Source: Candidatus Sericytochromatia bacterium (lineage in GTDB: Bacteria; Cyanobacteriota; Sericytochromatia; UBA7694). From it: a stretch of DNA of 64,000 nt. A program made the translations under genes and the position numbers. Positions 8,979 through 21,200 of the stretch are shown in pieces (position 1 is the stretch's first letter; the number at the start of each line of letters is the position of its first letter). A model generated the notes under the pieces. That model saw only the letters and a list, made by a program, of their open reading frames with translations, was not told the DNA's origin and did not search any database. The stretch is from assembly GCA_015272195.1 (NCBI GenBank), contig JACYMC010000148.1, forward strand, positions 10,159-74,158, written 5' to 3'.

Positions 8979-10056
8979 AGTGCGCGCCTGCCGGCGATTC
9001 TGACAGACAGCTGATGTCTCCCTGCAGCAAACCCAGCATCTTTTTGACGATGGTCAGGCCCAGGCCAATGGAGCTCTCGCCGGATGTCGGGGCCGCTGAG
9101 CGGGGGCCCTGCTGTTCAAAGAGATTCTCTTTTTCTTCGCAACTGAAGCCCGGGCCCTGATCCTCTATTTCGAGCTGCCACGTGTCAGCGTCAGCGCGTG
9201 ACCAGCGCACAAACACCCTGCCCCGGGGGGGCGAGTACTTCAGGGCATTTGAAATCAGATTGTCCAGCATTTGCTCAAAGGCCCCGCAGTCGCTTTCCAC
9301 CTGCAGATCAGCCGGCCCGCTCAGCTCAAACACAATTGTTTTATGCTGTGCCCAGTCGCGGTGTTGCTCCAGAACCTGATCGATCACGGTTGCCACAGTA
9401 AATGTGCTGATCTCAGGCTGACGCCGCCCCAGTAAAATGGTTTCGCGCCGCAAAAACTGGTGGATCATGCCCTCCATGCGCGTGGCGGCCAGCCACATGT
9501 TTTCAAGCCGGCGTTGCAGGCGCTCTGGCATTTCTCCCAGATGTTTCTGCAGGAACTCCAGCCCGGAAATCAGGACGGTCAGGGGCGTACGCAGGTCGTG
9601 AGAGACAATCTGCAATAACTCACTTTTGGAGCGGTTCAGCAGCTCCAGATGGGCGTTTTGCTCCAGAATCTGATCGCGGGCTTTTTTGAGCTCCAGGTGG
9701 GTGCGCACCCGTGCCCGCAGTTCCATGGGTTCCACAGGCTTGGTGATATAGTCCACTGCACCCAGTTCAAAGCCCTGTACAGCCTGCCGGGTGCTGGCAT
9801 TGGCGGTTAAAAAAATCACCGGTACACGTGCTGTCTGACGATCTGCTTTGAGGGCGCGACACACCGCAAAGCCATCCATACCCGGCATGTGCAAATCCAG
9901 TAAAATCAGATCAAAGGGCTTGTCCTGGGCTAGTTTTAAAGCCAGGGAGCCACTGCTGGCAAAACTGAGCTGATAACCTTCTTTTTTGAGCATGGAGGCC
10001 ACAATCTGAATGTTTTGCGGCAGATCATCCACAATCAGAATATGATCAGTCGGCAT
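8920..10056 (-). CDS. Hybrid response regulator/histidine kinase (N-terminal REC, HisKA, HATPase_c)
   Basis: 378 aa. ILIVDDLPQNIQIV...DLILLDLHMPGMDGF (receiver), then SHDLRTPLTVL (H-box), then an ATPase domain (GLGLTIVKKM). Confidence 0.85.
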   Translation of the reverse strand: MPTDHILIVDDLPQNIQIVASMLKKEGYQLSFASSGSLALKLAQDKPFDLILLDLHMPGMDGFAVCRALKADRQTARVPVIFLTANASTRQAVQGFELGAVDYITKPVEPMELRARVRTHLELKKARDQILEQNAHLELLNRSKSELLQIVSHDLRTPLTVLISGLEFLQKHLGEMPERLQRRLENMWLAATRMEGMIHQFLRRETILLGRRQPEISTFTVATVIDQVLEQHRDWAQHKTIVFELSGPADLQVESDCGAFEQMLDNLISNALKYSPPRGRVFVRWSRADADTWQLEIEDQGPGFSCEEKENLFEQQGPRSAAPTSGESSIGLGLTIVKKMLGLLQGDISCLSESPAGAHFRIRLPDRLQAKPADQHHA

Positions 10057-12002
10057 CAGATTTGATCCCGCAGGGTTTCAAGCAAATCTGGAAATCCCGA
10101 CAGCAACTGCTCGATCAGGACCACATCAAAGCGCCCGGCTGCAGCGCCCAGCAGTTCTGAAAACTGCAACAGTTTCCGCTGCTGTGTTTGCTGGGCCGTT
10201 TCTGCCAGCTCCTGTACAAAGGCGGTAATCATGTCAAAAGAATGGCTCTGACGGACGGCCTCCCAACGGGATACCAGATTTTGAAACTCCAGTTTTTCAG
10301 AAACAGGTTCTGATGGGAGTAAGGCGTCTGGTGACTGTACAGCAGCCTCAGCAACCCAGGCTATGTTCAGTGCGTGTTGATCAAAGGGTGGTGTCAGCCA
10401 GCTCTTGATCTGAAACTGTCTTGCCAGTGCGGTGTCAAAAGGGCTGGCTGACAGCACGGATAAAGGCGTCTCTGGAAAATCCTGGCGCAGAGCACTTAAA
10501 CTCATATAGGGGTTTTCGCCTTGCAAGGGGAGCTGCAAGAGAATCCAGTGCGGCTGCAAGCCTTCTGGCAGCAGCTCCAGGCTGGTGAGGGCCAGCATGC
10601 TGATGCCCTCACCAGCATAGAGGGGGGCCAGCAGTTCCTGGATATGGGGCTCCGCAATGATCAGGGTGTGCTGCATTGGCCAGGTGACTGTTGAGGGTGT
10701 TTCAGACAGATTATCAGCCACACGCTGCACAGCAGGTAAAAAAAGAGTAAAGCAGGCGCCCTGCTGCGGCTGGCTGGTGAGTGTAATTTGCCCTTGCATC
10801 ATCTGGACCAGTCGTTGGACAATGCTCAGACCCAGGCCGGTTCCGCCGTATTGCTTGGCAGTCTGCCCTTCTTGCTGCATAAAGGCATTAAAAATCAGGG
10901 CCTGGGAGCTTTCAGGAATGCCAATGCCCGTATCCTGAAAACTCAGGCTCAGATCTACGCAGTCGGGGGCACTCTGACTGGGCCGGGCATCAATCTGCAC
11001 CTGAATCTGGCCTTCGGCCGTAAACTTAACGGCATTGCCCATCAGGTTAAAAAAAATCTGTCGGATGCGGGTTTCGTCCAGATACAGCAGATCAGGCAAA
11101 TCCGGTGTAATGTCAATGTAAAAGCCCACCTGTTTTTCGCTGGCTTTCAGGGCAAACAGGCTTCCAATTTCACGCGCCACAGCCCGCAGATTAACGGGGG
11201 CCAGCTGTAACTGCATTTTGCCCACTTCCAGTTTGGATAGATCCAGCAAGTCGTTGAGCAGCCGAAGCAGATTCTGACCACTGATGGCGATCGCAGTCAT
11301 GTAGTCCTGCAGCAGCGGATAGTCAAATTGTTCCTGAATCAGTTGCACATAGCCCAGAATGGCGTGGATGGGTGTGCGGATCTCATGAGACATATTGGCC
11401 AGAAACTCAGATTTGGCCTGATGTGCTGCTTCAGCCGCTTCTTTGGCAGTCTGCAGTTCACGGGTGCGGAGCTGAACACGCTGCTCCAGCTGCTGGTTCA
11501 GCGTTTGTAAGAGGCTTTCGCGCAAGCGGGTGGCTTCGATCTGGTGCTTTAAGTCGGTGGCGTTGACAAACACACCGGACCAGAGAATCCGATCCACATG
11601 GCGTTCAGGTATAGAACGCGCAAAAACCCAGCGTTCTCCATGCAAAGGGTGCCTAAAGCGAAAGCTGGTTTCAAACAGCGAAAGCTGGCGCGCTGAAACT
11701 TGAATGAGCTCGGCAATATGCTCGCGTTCCTCTTTGTTTTGCAGTAACAGGTCCCACCAATTGGTATCCGGTCCTGTTAAAAGGGATTCCGGATAGCCCA
11801 GCAAGTCTTCGCAGCCCTTGCTCAGATAGGTAAAGTAAGACTGCCCGGTGTCCAACTCCAGACAAAATGCATAAATGCAGCCGGGAATCGAATCGGCAAT
11901 TTTCTGCAGACGGGCTTCTGCTTCGGCGGCAAGCTGGCGGGCCTGCTGCAGTGCGGGACCGCCTGTCAAAAAGTCAGAATCAGACTGAGGCACAGCTGAC
12001 AT
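10056..12002 (-). CDS. PAS-containing sensor histidine kinase with a C-terminal degenerate receiver/HPt-like region
   Basis: 648 aa. N-terminal PAS-like region, coiled coil, [15 protein letters not shown] (H-box), [13 protein letters not shown] (G2 box). C-terminal ~200 aa: [13 protein letters not shown]... Its stop overlaps the start of the downstream hybrid kinase. Confidence 0.85.
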   Translation of the reverse strand: MSAVPQSDSDFLTGGPALQQARQLAAEAEARLQKIADSIPGCIYAFCLELDTGQSYFTYLSKGCEDLLGYPESLLTGPDTNWWDLLLQNKEEREHIAELIQVSARQLSLFETSFRFRHPLHGERWVFARSIPERHVDRILWSGVFVNATDLKHQIEATRLRESLLQTLNQQLEQRVQLRTRELQTAKEAAEAAHQAKSEFLANMSHEIRTPIHAILGYVQLIQEQFDYPLLQDYMTAIAISGQNLLRLLNDLLDLSKLEVGKMQLQLAPVNLRAVAREIGSLFALKASEKQVGFYIDITPDLPDLLYLDETRIRQIFFNLMGNAVKFTAEGQIQVQIDARPSQSAPDCVDLSLSFQDTGIGIPESSQALIFNAFMQQEGQTAKQYGGTGLGLSIVQRLVQMMQGQITLTSQPQQGACFTLFLPAVQRVADNLSETPSTVTWPMQHTLIIAEPHIQELLAPLYAGEGISMLALTSLELLPEGLQPHWILLQLPLQGENPYMSLSALRQDFPETPLSVLSASPFDTALARQFQIKSWLTPPFDQHALNIAWVAEAAVQSPDALLPSEPVSEKLEFQNLVSRWEAVRQSHSFDMITAFVQELAETAQQTQQRKLLQFSELLGAAAGRFDVVLIEQLLSGFPDLLETLRDQI

Positions 12003-12039
12003 CAGATCAGCACCTCAGCCTGCGTCAGAAGCATTTTGA

Positions 12040-14973
12040 TCAGGGCGCAATCCGGTACAGATCAGGCTGATTTAACTGGTGGGTATAGAGCTGGTTATTC
12101 AGCCAGAGCAGACCCACCGTCGGCTGAAGACCCTGCAGCACGGGCACCAGATTGGTGCGCTGACCGCGCGGGTTCACACGTTCAATGCCCGTACCCAGTG
12201 TCAGATACAGGTTTGCGTCTGTATCCACGGTCAGATGACCGTTGCCGTTACCCATGTCCTTCGCAAAGTTGCTGTCCAGCAAATCCACGTCACCCTGGGC
12301 ATTCAGGGTCAGCCGGAAGACCGACAGGTTATTACCCAGTGAAACATACATAAAATTATCGTCTGCTGTCAGCTGAATATCCCGAATCGGGGTCGGCAGG
12401 CCTGAAGCGAGCGTTTCAGGACGACCAAAGATATTGCCATTGAAGCTCATTCTGACAATGCGTCCCTGGCTGGGCAGGGCCACATAAATCTGGTTAGCGG
12501 TGCGGTTATAGGCAATGGCACCCGGCTCGGCACCCAGATCGGCGGACTCAGCCGCTCGGCGGCTGAGGCGCAGTTCTGTCCCCGTACCGGCCACTTCATA
12601 ATGTGATATACGATAGGTGGGGCGAATATCGGGCAGCTCCCGGTTTTTGCCCGCCAGGGTGGCGTCAAAATTGCTGATTAAGAAATTCCCGGCGCTGTCC
12701 AGGGCCACATCTCTGAAGATCGAGTCATGGGTGATATCTGCTGCCACATCACGCGTCAGCACATTGCCATTGCCATCAAAATTCAGAATACTGGAGGCTG
12801 AGCCCAGCTGAGACGTCATCAGAAAGTGATTGCGTACCGTGTCCAGCGTATAATGCTCTGAACGGCCATTGCCGTTCAGGCGGGCCTGGCTCAGGGCGCT
12901 CAGGCGGGGAAAGAGGGTAAACGAGCGATTGTTATTGCTGGGCACATTATCGGTGGTGACCTGTACCTGGGCTTCGGTTGGCAGCTCACTCAGTTTGCTG
13001 GCCAGACCGTCGGGTACGGGCGCCACCAGTGTGCGCCGATCTGTCGAAACGCTGCGAGGCTGGCTGCTGGCCTGCCCATAGTCTGTGATAAAGGTGATGC
13101 GGTTATTGGCCAGCGTGGGGTCAAAGCCTGCGCCACTGACGGTGATGACCCGGTCTGCAAAGGGGGCGTCGCGGGTAATGACGGTTTCCTGCATCACGCT
13201 GGTGACCACAGGTCCAGGTCCACCAACCACAATCTGGGCCTCAGAGCGGTTTCCGGCTTCATCCACGGCCTCAATATTAAGCAGATCCCCGGAGTCTGCC
13301 GCCAGACGGCCTTCAAAAGCGCCCGCTTCGGTGGTCTGCAGCTGTACGGCGTTGCCCAGTTTGGGGCCTGTAATGATCAGGGTCACACGGCCCTGGTCCT
13401 CAATTGCAGCGGTACCACCGGTGATAATGGTTTCAAAAGACTGACCGCTGGGGTTGCGGGCCACAATACGGTCTGTGACCACACGAGGGTTGAGGGTGTC
13501 GGTACGGATATTGACCAGGGTCGGCAGACTGGCATCTCCGCCCACAATCGAGCGCACGCGCAGCGCGTGATTGGAGTTGCGCTTGAGCGGCACCTGAATA
13601 CTGTAGTTGCTTTCGCTGGCGCCCAATGCCACTGATACGGGCTGGGTACCGCCCTCCACGGTGACCAGGCTGCCGGTCTGGGCTGTGCCCTGCAGCACCA
13701 CAAAATCTTCAGCCGTTACGGGCGGTACATTGTTGACCGTGGGCCCTGGCACACCCCCGGCAGCAGCCAGGTTATTGCGCACGGTGGCGTCACTCTGTAT
13801 GACGGGCTCAATCACCGAAAGCACGGCTGAAATATTATTGGCGCCGCCCAGTGCGGCCCCGTCGGTGCTGCGCTGAACGGCGTCCAGAATGGCAATGATT
13901 TCAGGGGCTGAAAACTCACTGATGGGCACCTTGGGGCGGCTGAGTACCGTGCCATTATTGATGATCAGACGGGTGGTCATTTCGCTCAGCGGCGAGATAT
14001 CCAGCTGGGCACTGCCGCTCAGCATAGCGCGCATCAGACTGGGACCTGAACCCACGGACACCACAAACTCACTGCCCAGCTGGGCTTCTGCGGGCAATAC
14101 AAAAGAATACGAGCCATCTGAGCGGGTGCGGGCCGTGGCCAGCGGCAAACCGACCACATTGCCATTGTTATCAATGCGCGAAAGCGTGACCGCCACATCA
14201 GAAGAGACCGCCTGCAGGCCGGTCAGGGCTTCAGCCGGAGGCATCAGAAACTGATCAATGCGAAATCCAGGGGCTGCAGCTACCCGGCCGTTGGGCGCCA
14301 GCACGCGACCAGACACCACGCGGGTCAGTAATTGGTCCAGGCGGGTGGTCAGGGTGGCATTGGCTTTGAGGCTGGAGAGGGTGTTAGAGAGGGCATTGGC
14401 AAGGTCTACGGTGGAATAATCAATGCTCTGGGTGCCCTGCAGCGAGAGCTGGCGGGCCTCTTGGATCACAGTGACAGGCACAGAGAGCAGCGGCTCCCGG
14501 CGGTCAACCATTAACTGGACCATCGCGGTGGTCACAGGGGTTAAATCCAACTGTTCCTCGGTCACAAAATTGCGCAGATAATTGCCCGTGGCATAGTTGC
14601 CGGCTTCCAGCACCAGATTGGTGGCTGGCAGGGTCATATCGGTGGCCGAGACATCCAGGGTGTAGCGGCCATTGGCATCTGTGCGTCCGGTGGCAATCGG
14701 TTCGCTGGAGACCGGGCGACCCTCGTCATCAATGCGCAGCAGGCGCACTTCAACGCCCGCCGGAACGGGCACCAGACCCGTGGCCGCGTGGGCATCTGTC
14801 ATCAGCAGCCCCAGCGGGTCAAAGCTCATTTGTACCGGGCGAATCGACTGGTCCTGCTGAGGAACCATCACGCTGCCCTGGAGTCGGTAAACATCAAGGG
14901 TCACTTGCTGTGGCGGCTGACAGGATAAAATCAGGAGAGATGCTGCGCTGGCCAGGGCGAGATAGCGTTTCAT
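12040..14973 (-). CDS. Large (977 aa) secreted lipoprotein with carboxypeptidase-regulatory-like/Ig-like modules and a C-terminal NHL/beta-propeller-like repeat region
   Basis: MKRYLALASAASLLILSCQ (signal plus lipobox). Repeated GRY(T/S)L...beta-sandwich-like segments. C-terminal repeats NQIYVAL / NFMYVSL / NLYLTLG are typical of propeller blades. Confidence 0.6.
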   Translation of the reverse strand: MKRYLALASAASLLILSCQPPQQVTLDVYRLQGSVMVPQQDQSIRPVQMSFDPLGLLMTDAHAATGLVPVPAGVEVRLLRIDDEGRPVSSEPIATGRTDANGRYTLDVSATDMTLPATNLVLEAGNYATGNYLRNFVTEEQLDLTPVTTAMVQLMVDRREPLLSVPVTVIQEARQLSLQGTQSIDYSTVDLANALSNTLSSLKANATLTTRLDQLLTRVVSGRVLAPNGRVAAAPGFRIDQFLMPPAEALTGLQAVSSDVAVTLSRIDNNGNVVGLPLATARTRSDGSYSFVLPAEAQLGSEFVVSVGSGPSLMRAMLSGSAQLDISPLSEMTTRLIINNGTVLSRPKVPISEFSAPEIIAILDAVQRSTDGAALGGANNISAVLSVIEPVIQSDATVRNNLAAAGGVPGPTVNNVPPVTAEDFVVLQGTAQTGSLVTVEGGTQPVSVALGASESNYSIQVPLKRNSNHALRVRSIVGGDASLPTLVNIRTDTLNPRVVTDRIVARNPSGQSFETIITGGTAAIEDQGRVTLIITGPKLGNAVQLQTTEAGAFEGRLAADSGDLLNIEAVDEAGNRSEAQIVVGGPGPVVTSVMQETVITRDAPFADRVITVSGAGFDPTLANNRITFITDYGQASSQPRSVSTDRRTLVAPVPDGLASKLSELPTEAQVQVTTDNVPSNNNRSFTLFPRLSALSQARLNGNGRSEHYTLDTVRNHFLMTSQLGSASSILNFDGNGNVLTRDVAADITHDSIFRDVALDSAGNFLISNFDATLAGKNRELPDIRPTYRISHYEVAGTGTELRLSRRAAESADLGAEPGAIAYNRTANQIYVALPSQGRIVRMSFNGNIFGRPETLASGLPTPIRDIQLTADDNFMYVSLGNNLSVFRLTLNAQGDVDLLDSNFAKDMGNGNGHLTVDTDANLYLTLGTGIERVNPRGQRTNLVPVLQGLQPTVGLLWLNNQLYTHQLNQPDLYRIAP

Positions 14974-15274
14974 GGCAATTTGGTAAGCTCCTCAATAATT
15001 AACTTGCAGATTTTGGGTGTATCAGATGCAGTAAAAATAATAGCACAACCGTCTGACAATGCAAAAAAGCCCCCGGCTTAAATCTGCTCTTAATATTTGA
15101 GTGTGTGTGTTTTGTTTCTTGTTAAAAAATAATTAAGCGGGTTCACTTCGACAGGTGTACATGCCGATATAGGACGCGTAAGAGTGTGTTTTTACTTTTA
15201 CTTCAATCCCTACCGGCACCAAAGTCTCAGGTTCCTGGGCTCAAGATTTTCAAGGTATTCACAGGAGTGATGAT
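14974..15274. promoter_or_regulatory. AT-rich 301-nt divergent intergenic/leader region shared by the 977-aa lipoprotein-kinase operon and the giant-protein operon
   Basis: Far lower GC than the flanks. Contains a (GT)5 run (~15099-15110), a GCCGATAT element (15163-15170), and an AGGAG RBS 7 nt upstream of ATG 15275. Confidence 0.5.
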
Positions 15275-18200
15275 ATGACGAGTATTTTTTCCGGCAATCT
15301 CTACAATAACTATGTTAAAGACCAGAATACCGCTCGTCTGCAAAGGTTTGATGTCAACCGCTTTAACGCCAGTATTCCCGCTTTGTCAGAGCAAAGCCGC
15401 CGGGAGCAGGAGCTGCGTGAAGGCCTCGAGTACCACCAGGCCCGTATGGCCGATCTGCAAACCAAGCTTAACGAACTGACCGAAAAGCTCAATAACCTGT
15501 ATCGTCAGTTTATTGACTCGCAGGTCATGTTTCAGCGTGTAGGCCCCAGCAACAAGTATCACGGTACCAGCGATATGACCAACCGGCTGCGCAATGCCAC
15601 CGATGAAACCACGCCTTTCAACACCGGCCACCCGGCCGGTGTCAACGGCCTGTTGCCCTACGACAGTCCTGAGCGCATCCGCAACTACACCTATAATCCC
15701 TTCTTCGGCTCCAAGGCCATTGATGAAAGTGACGTCACTCTCAACCGCACCTTCTGGCGTGAACCCAACATCGTGCTGGAGGATGCCTATACCGAAAACG
15801 GGGCCTTCTGGTCCACGGTCTCTTACCTCTGGGGCTGGGATCTCGACCGCATCAATGCCACTTACGTCACCACCAATGATGATGAGCCTCTGCGTGGCAA
15901 CACCCATCTGCGCCTGAATAACACCGGCGGTCTGGGTCCCGGCACGGTGATCACCATCGGGGGTACCGAATACACCGTTTCCAATCTGGTGACCTACGAA
16001 GACAAAAACGGCAACACCGTCACCGATGTGCTGATCCCCCAGATCATCAGTCTGCCGGATGTCGGCACCACCGTCACCTGGGCGGCTGGCAGCGCAGAAG
16101 TTCAGACCGGCACCTTCCGTGAAACCTATAACAACTTACAGATCAATACCACCGCGCTGCAGCCCAACAAAGAGCAGCATCCGCCGGTGCGTACGGGTGA
16201 CCGCATTCCCATTGTCAACCAGAATGACCCCCGCGTCCCGCCGCCTGCGGTCAACTATCCCTTTCTGGCCATTGATGGGATTCGCCCGGGGGGCGCGGAC
16301 TTCAGCCACGCCCAGAACACCGAAGGCCGCAACGAAGTCGGCCAGGACAGCCTGAACTGGGGCTGGGAGTTTGACGATCTGCCCCTGGCGCTGGAAGTGA
16401 CCGGCACACGTCAGGATGCCAATGGTAATATTGTGGCCAGCGGTTACAAGGTGGTCTATGACATTCCCCGCACCCATCCCCAGTACGCGCGCTACCGGCA
16501 CCTCGACGGCACCGAGCCCATGATCATTGATGCGCCCACGGCGATGGTCAAAAACCGCATTCATCAGAACAGCTTTGACTATTCTGGTTTTATCGAACTG
16601 GGGGATGGCAGTTTTAACGCCAGTTATTCTACTATTCTCTCGCCCCTGCCAGGCCGTACCAATGCCGGTCACCCCAGCGGCACCAATGTCAGCCCCTACC
16701 CGGTCGACTTCCGCAACGAGTATCTGCACGCGGGCAATTACGCCCAGGATAGCAGCGGCAACTGGAACCAGAACCCGGCAACCTCCACCGCCCGCACTTA
16801 TATCGAGCTCAGTTCCTGCTCCCCCTTCAGCCTGGGTGCCAATACACACGTTTCATTCAACTACGATTATACGGTCACTCAGAATGCCGTTTCAGGCTTT
16901 TACAAGAGCCCCTCAGATGACGGTGCCGTACCTGGTACCTCAGGCAACGGCTTTCTGGCGCATACCTGGAGCGGTAGCAGTGTCAGCAACCCTTATCGCG
17001 GTTCAGTCGGAGGGTCGGGCCCGTTTGAGCCACCCCCACCTTATGCCGCTGTTGGGGCTACCTGGCCCGGTGGTCCCAATGCCTTTGAAGGTTACCCGAT
17101 TAACCGCGATTTTATTCAACCCGGCGTCAGTCTTCCCGAGACAGCGGGACAATTTGGGGTGATTCTCGGTGCGGTTAACACCGCTGGTGACCCCTTATCT
17201 GACCCGCGCTATGACCCCTTTCACTGGGGCGCGGGGATTGTCAGTCCGGGTATTGCCTCCGCGATTGAACCGACCAACACAGGCAATGGCGGCAATGGGT
17301 TGGGTCCGTTGCGAGTCAACAGTGTCGCTGCGCTGAACCTGGGCGGCTTGCCTGCCAATATCACGGTCAATGGCAATCCTTACACGGTCACCAGTATTGT
17401 TGGCAACACCATCTTCACCAGCACGCCCATCTCAGCCGCCGACCTGGCACCAGGCAATACGGTTGTGGGTACTGACGGCGTCAGCTCAACGGGCGTTGCT
17501 GTGGGCAATACCGGCAACGGTAGACCCAGCGCACTGATTGTTGGCAGTCCCACCACTTTTGGTATTGGGACCTTTGTTGGCGTCGACGGCTTCGTTGGAA
17601 CCTATGAAGTCGTTGGCTACACGCTGGCAGATGGTACAACCCCGGGGACTCCTCCTCCGGGCGATCCGGGCGGTCTGATTCTGAACCCTCCGCTCAGTGG
17701 TTTTCCAACCAGTGGTAATGTCTTTATTCCCGGCACGGGCGGTGGCGCCCCGGTGGGCGGTGGCTCTGATGAGTCTCTGCGTCTGGTCATGTCGCAGGAA
17801 CGTGAGCTGGGCAACCCGGCCACGCTTGAGAATGACAAGCTCTTTTTGCATGTGCTCTTTGATGGCGATATTCATGGCATTGATATCAACATCCGTGACT
17901 TTAAGATTGTATCCTACAGCTTTGGCAATCAGGGCACCTGGGAAAACGGCCTGTATAACCCGCTCAACGACACCACCCTCGGCAATGGTCCGCTGGACGT
18001 CACAGGCGATAACAGCCTTAGCGTTCAGAACGATGTGATCAACAAATACCAGGCCGATAAGTATAACTTCACCCAGTTTCATAACGAGTACAATAACGCG
18101 GCTGAAAATGGCGATCTCAAAGATATTGTGCGCAGCCCGTATGAGTATGCCTTGTTTAATATTGGCGCAGACAGTGTCAGTGGCGAATCTTCTTATCTCT

Positions 18201-21200
18201 ATGGTGAAACCTGGGTCGATATCAACAACCGTCGCATCAACCTGGGATTGGATGATTACAACAACAACACCCACCAGCCCGACTGGGCCAATGGCGCCGG
18301 TGAATCCACTTTCCAGGGCGGTGCCGTTACCGCACCCGCGACGGATCCCAATAACCCCAACTTCTTTTTGAGTGACAATGTGCAGGGCGTTTATGGTTTT
18401 ATTGCCCCTGTACACCCTGGCGATAGCTGCATTCAGAACACCCCCGGTGTGATTCAGACTGCGCTGAACGCCACAGTGGATGATGCGCTGCCCTATACCA
18501 CCCACCGTTACGAAGATCGCAGCCCCAATCACCTGTCAGCAGATCCTGCCGATCCCATGCGCACCTCGACGCCCAACGCCGGCGTGATCGCCGCCGCCGT
18601 GCCCAATTATTATGTGGGTACTGATGGGGTCAACTACACCAAAGCCAACCCCGGTATTGGTGATGGCGTGGTCGATCGCATCATGGGCGGCGATGATATC
18701 GACTACCGCCTCACAATCCCTACCACTGATCTCAACGTGCTGCAAAAAGAAAATGACATTGTGTTTAACTTTGGCAGCTTGCCCACCCGCAACTACTCCA
18801 TTGGCATTTACGAGCCCTTTATGGAGTACCGCAGCGTGCCCGGCTACCAGACCGTTGCGCGCTATCGCGTTGACGAAGCGGGCAATATCTACGACCGCTT
18901 TGGCGAAGGTTACTACGATCCCAATGATCCTGTCGATGCAGTGATCATGCAGGAGCTTTACCCCACCCGTGAACTGGGCAGCGGTACCAGTGCCGTGCCC
19001 CTGGTCAACGGCCAGGTCAGCAACTTTGATGGTACTTACGACAATCAGGGCAACTACGACCCCATCGACAGCGGCCTGCTCGGTCACAACCGCTTTTCAG
19101 AGCTGGGCGATGACTACAACCTCTTTGACTATGTGCCCGATCTGAAGGTGGATCCCTTTGCCGGGGATCCCAATATTCTGCGCGGTGAAGTTTATGTGGG
19201 CTCTTTGCCCACCAACTTTTACTATTACCGCGAAGGGCTCGATAACTCGCTCGACGGTCCCACCGGCGATTTGGCGGCGGGTGATCCCAATGGCCCGCTG
19301 CAGAATAACTTTAACCGCCAGGCTGCCCTGAACTTTGACGGCCGTTCGACCAATGTGGACGGTCAGTTCAACAGCCAGCACACGATTGTCTACAACACTA
19401 CCATGCCGACCTTCTCGACCGTCATGCTCGGTTACGCTGAACAGGATGCCCGCCTTAACAACCAGAAGGCCACCACCACCTTTGCTACCTGGGAAGGCTT
19501 CCCTGGCATGGGTGCGCCTACGGCCCCTGCCGTCCGACTCATCGGTACCACGGGTACAGTCGATAATGCGCTGGACGCCCTGGGCTTAAGCTACGATAAA
19601 TTTGCTGAAATGGATAACAATTCATCGATCACGGTGGATACACGCGTCGACTCCAGTCGCCAGGGCCATCTGCTGATTTATGAGTATGCCCCTGATTACA
19701 GTCAGGAGCCTATTCTGCGTACGGCCAATGTCATTGCCAACCCCACGGGCACGGGCGCGGCCTACGGCAACGGTAACGGTGGAAGCGTCTGGCTGAGTGA
19801 TGTCAGTTTTATTCAGGTGGGTGATGTGCTGACCTTTGATGATGGGACTGGACCCCGCACCAAAATTGTGACCGAACGCAACCTGACTGGCCCAGGCAAT
19901 GCAGGCTCCATCCGCTTTGAGGCAAATCAGCCAAACCCAGGAGATAACGTTCCTGTTGAAGGACCCATTACATTCGGCGTCTTCCGCAAGCGTGAAGCGG
20001 TGATGCGTGCCATTCCACACGCGATTCCGCTGCCGCTGGATCCCACAGATGATCCCTTTGTGTTTGACTCTTACAACGTCAAAACCACCATGGCCCGTAC
20101 CGGCTCGGTTTATGATCCGGTCAGCGACACAACAATTGTGCATGTTGACAACGCAGCGGCCTTTTTAACCTCACCGATTCCACCGACCATGACCATTGAG
20201 ATTGGCGCGCCGCCTTATTACACGGGTACCATTACCTCATCGGACGTGGATATCACCACCACGCCGAATATTATCCGCGTTCCTGGCAACGTGTCCCCGC
20301 TGCCGGTGTATGATACCCCGGTGGTCATGCGGGGGCCCCAGTTTACCGTACAGGTCGCTGACGGCGATGCGCCCAACTCTCAATTCACTATTACCTATGA
20401 CGACCGGGGCACCAATCTGCCGGGCAATATTGCCACGGTTGAGTTGTCACCCGAAATGGACCGGGCGGGCCGCTTTCTGGGTGATGATGCCCGTACGGTT
20501 GCCGATACTGAAACGGCCAACGTGGCGCCAGAGTACTTTGCCGGTTCACCCCCGGGTTATGTGCAGCCCGATGCGCAGATCAACCTGCAGCTGGTGGCCC
20601 AGGACAAAGACGGCAACCAGCAGCCGCGTCGCCTGCGTGAAATCCGTGTGACCATCGATTCTGGTGAGCAGATTATTCTGGGCCCCACGGGCGCCATTCG
20701 CCAGTATTATGGCACCAATGCCGCCTCTTTTAACGGCGATGGCACAGCAGCCAATGGCACACCCGATCCCAATGAACCGAATGGCATCGATATCAACGAA
20801 GCCTGGCCTGTGGCCCTCTACGACAAGTTCAACGATTTGCTGAATCCCACCTCCACAGACGATCTGGGTATTTCAGTGGGGTACTATCAGGGTATTCTGG
20901 ATGGTGCCACCACCACCGTGATTCCGGTGACCACTGTCGGTGAATTTGAGTTTGCCGAAGGCAAAGAAGTCACCATCAATGGTGAAACCCGTATCATTGA
21001 TACCGTGGACACTGGAGCCAACACCATTACTCTGACTGAGCCCCTGACCCGTCCGCCACGGGTGGGCGATCGTGTGAATCTGGGCAATAGCATCGGCACA
21101 GAAGACCTGATCATGTACCTCAACCGCAGCCAGGCCATGTCAACCAATGCGCCGATTGAAATTGAAATGGTCTGGCAGGACTATGAGGTGACGGGTTATC

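Noticed and set aside
15163-15170. GCCGATAT resembling the sigma-28 (FliA) -10 element upstream of the giant gene
   Set aside because: No properly spaced TAAA -35 element: the nearest is ~36 nt away, against the expected ~15 nt. Probably chance. Kept only as a note in the leader feature.
15386-20143. Several 100-350-aa minus-strand ORFs (15386..15907, 16136..16849, 17486..18532, 18536..19087, 19622..20143) inside the giant gene
   Set aside because: All lie antisense to one continuous 6.3-kb ORF with a strong RBS. Their translations are Gly/Val/Ala-rich mirror images of the sense low-complexity regions.
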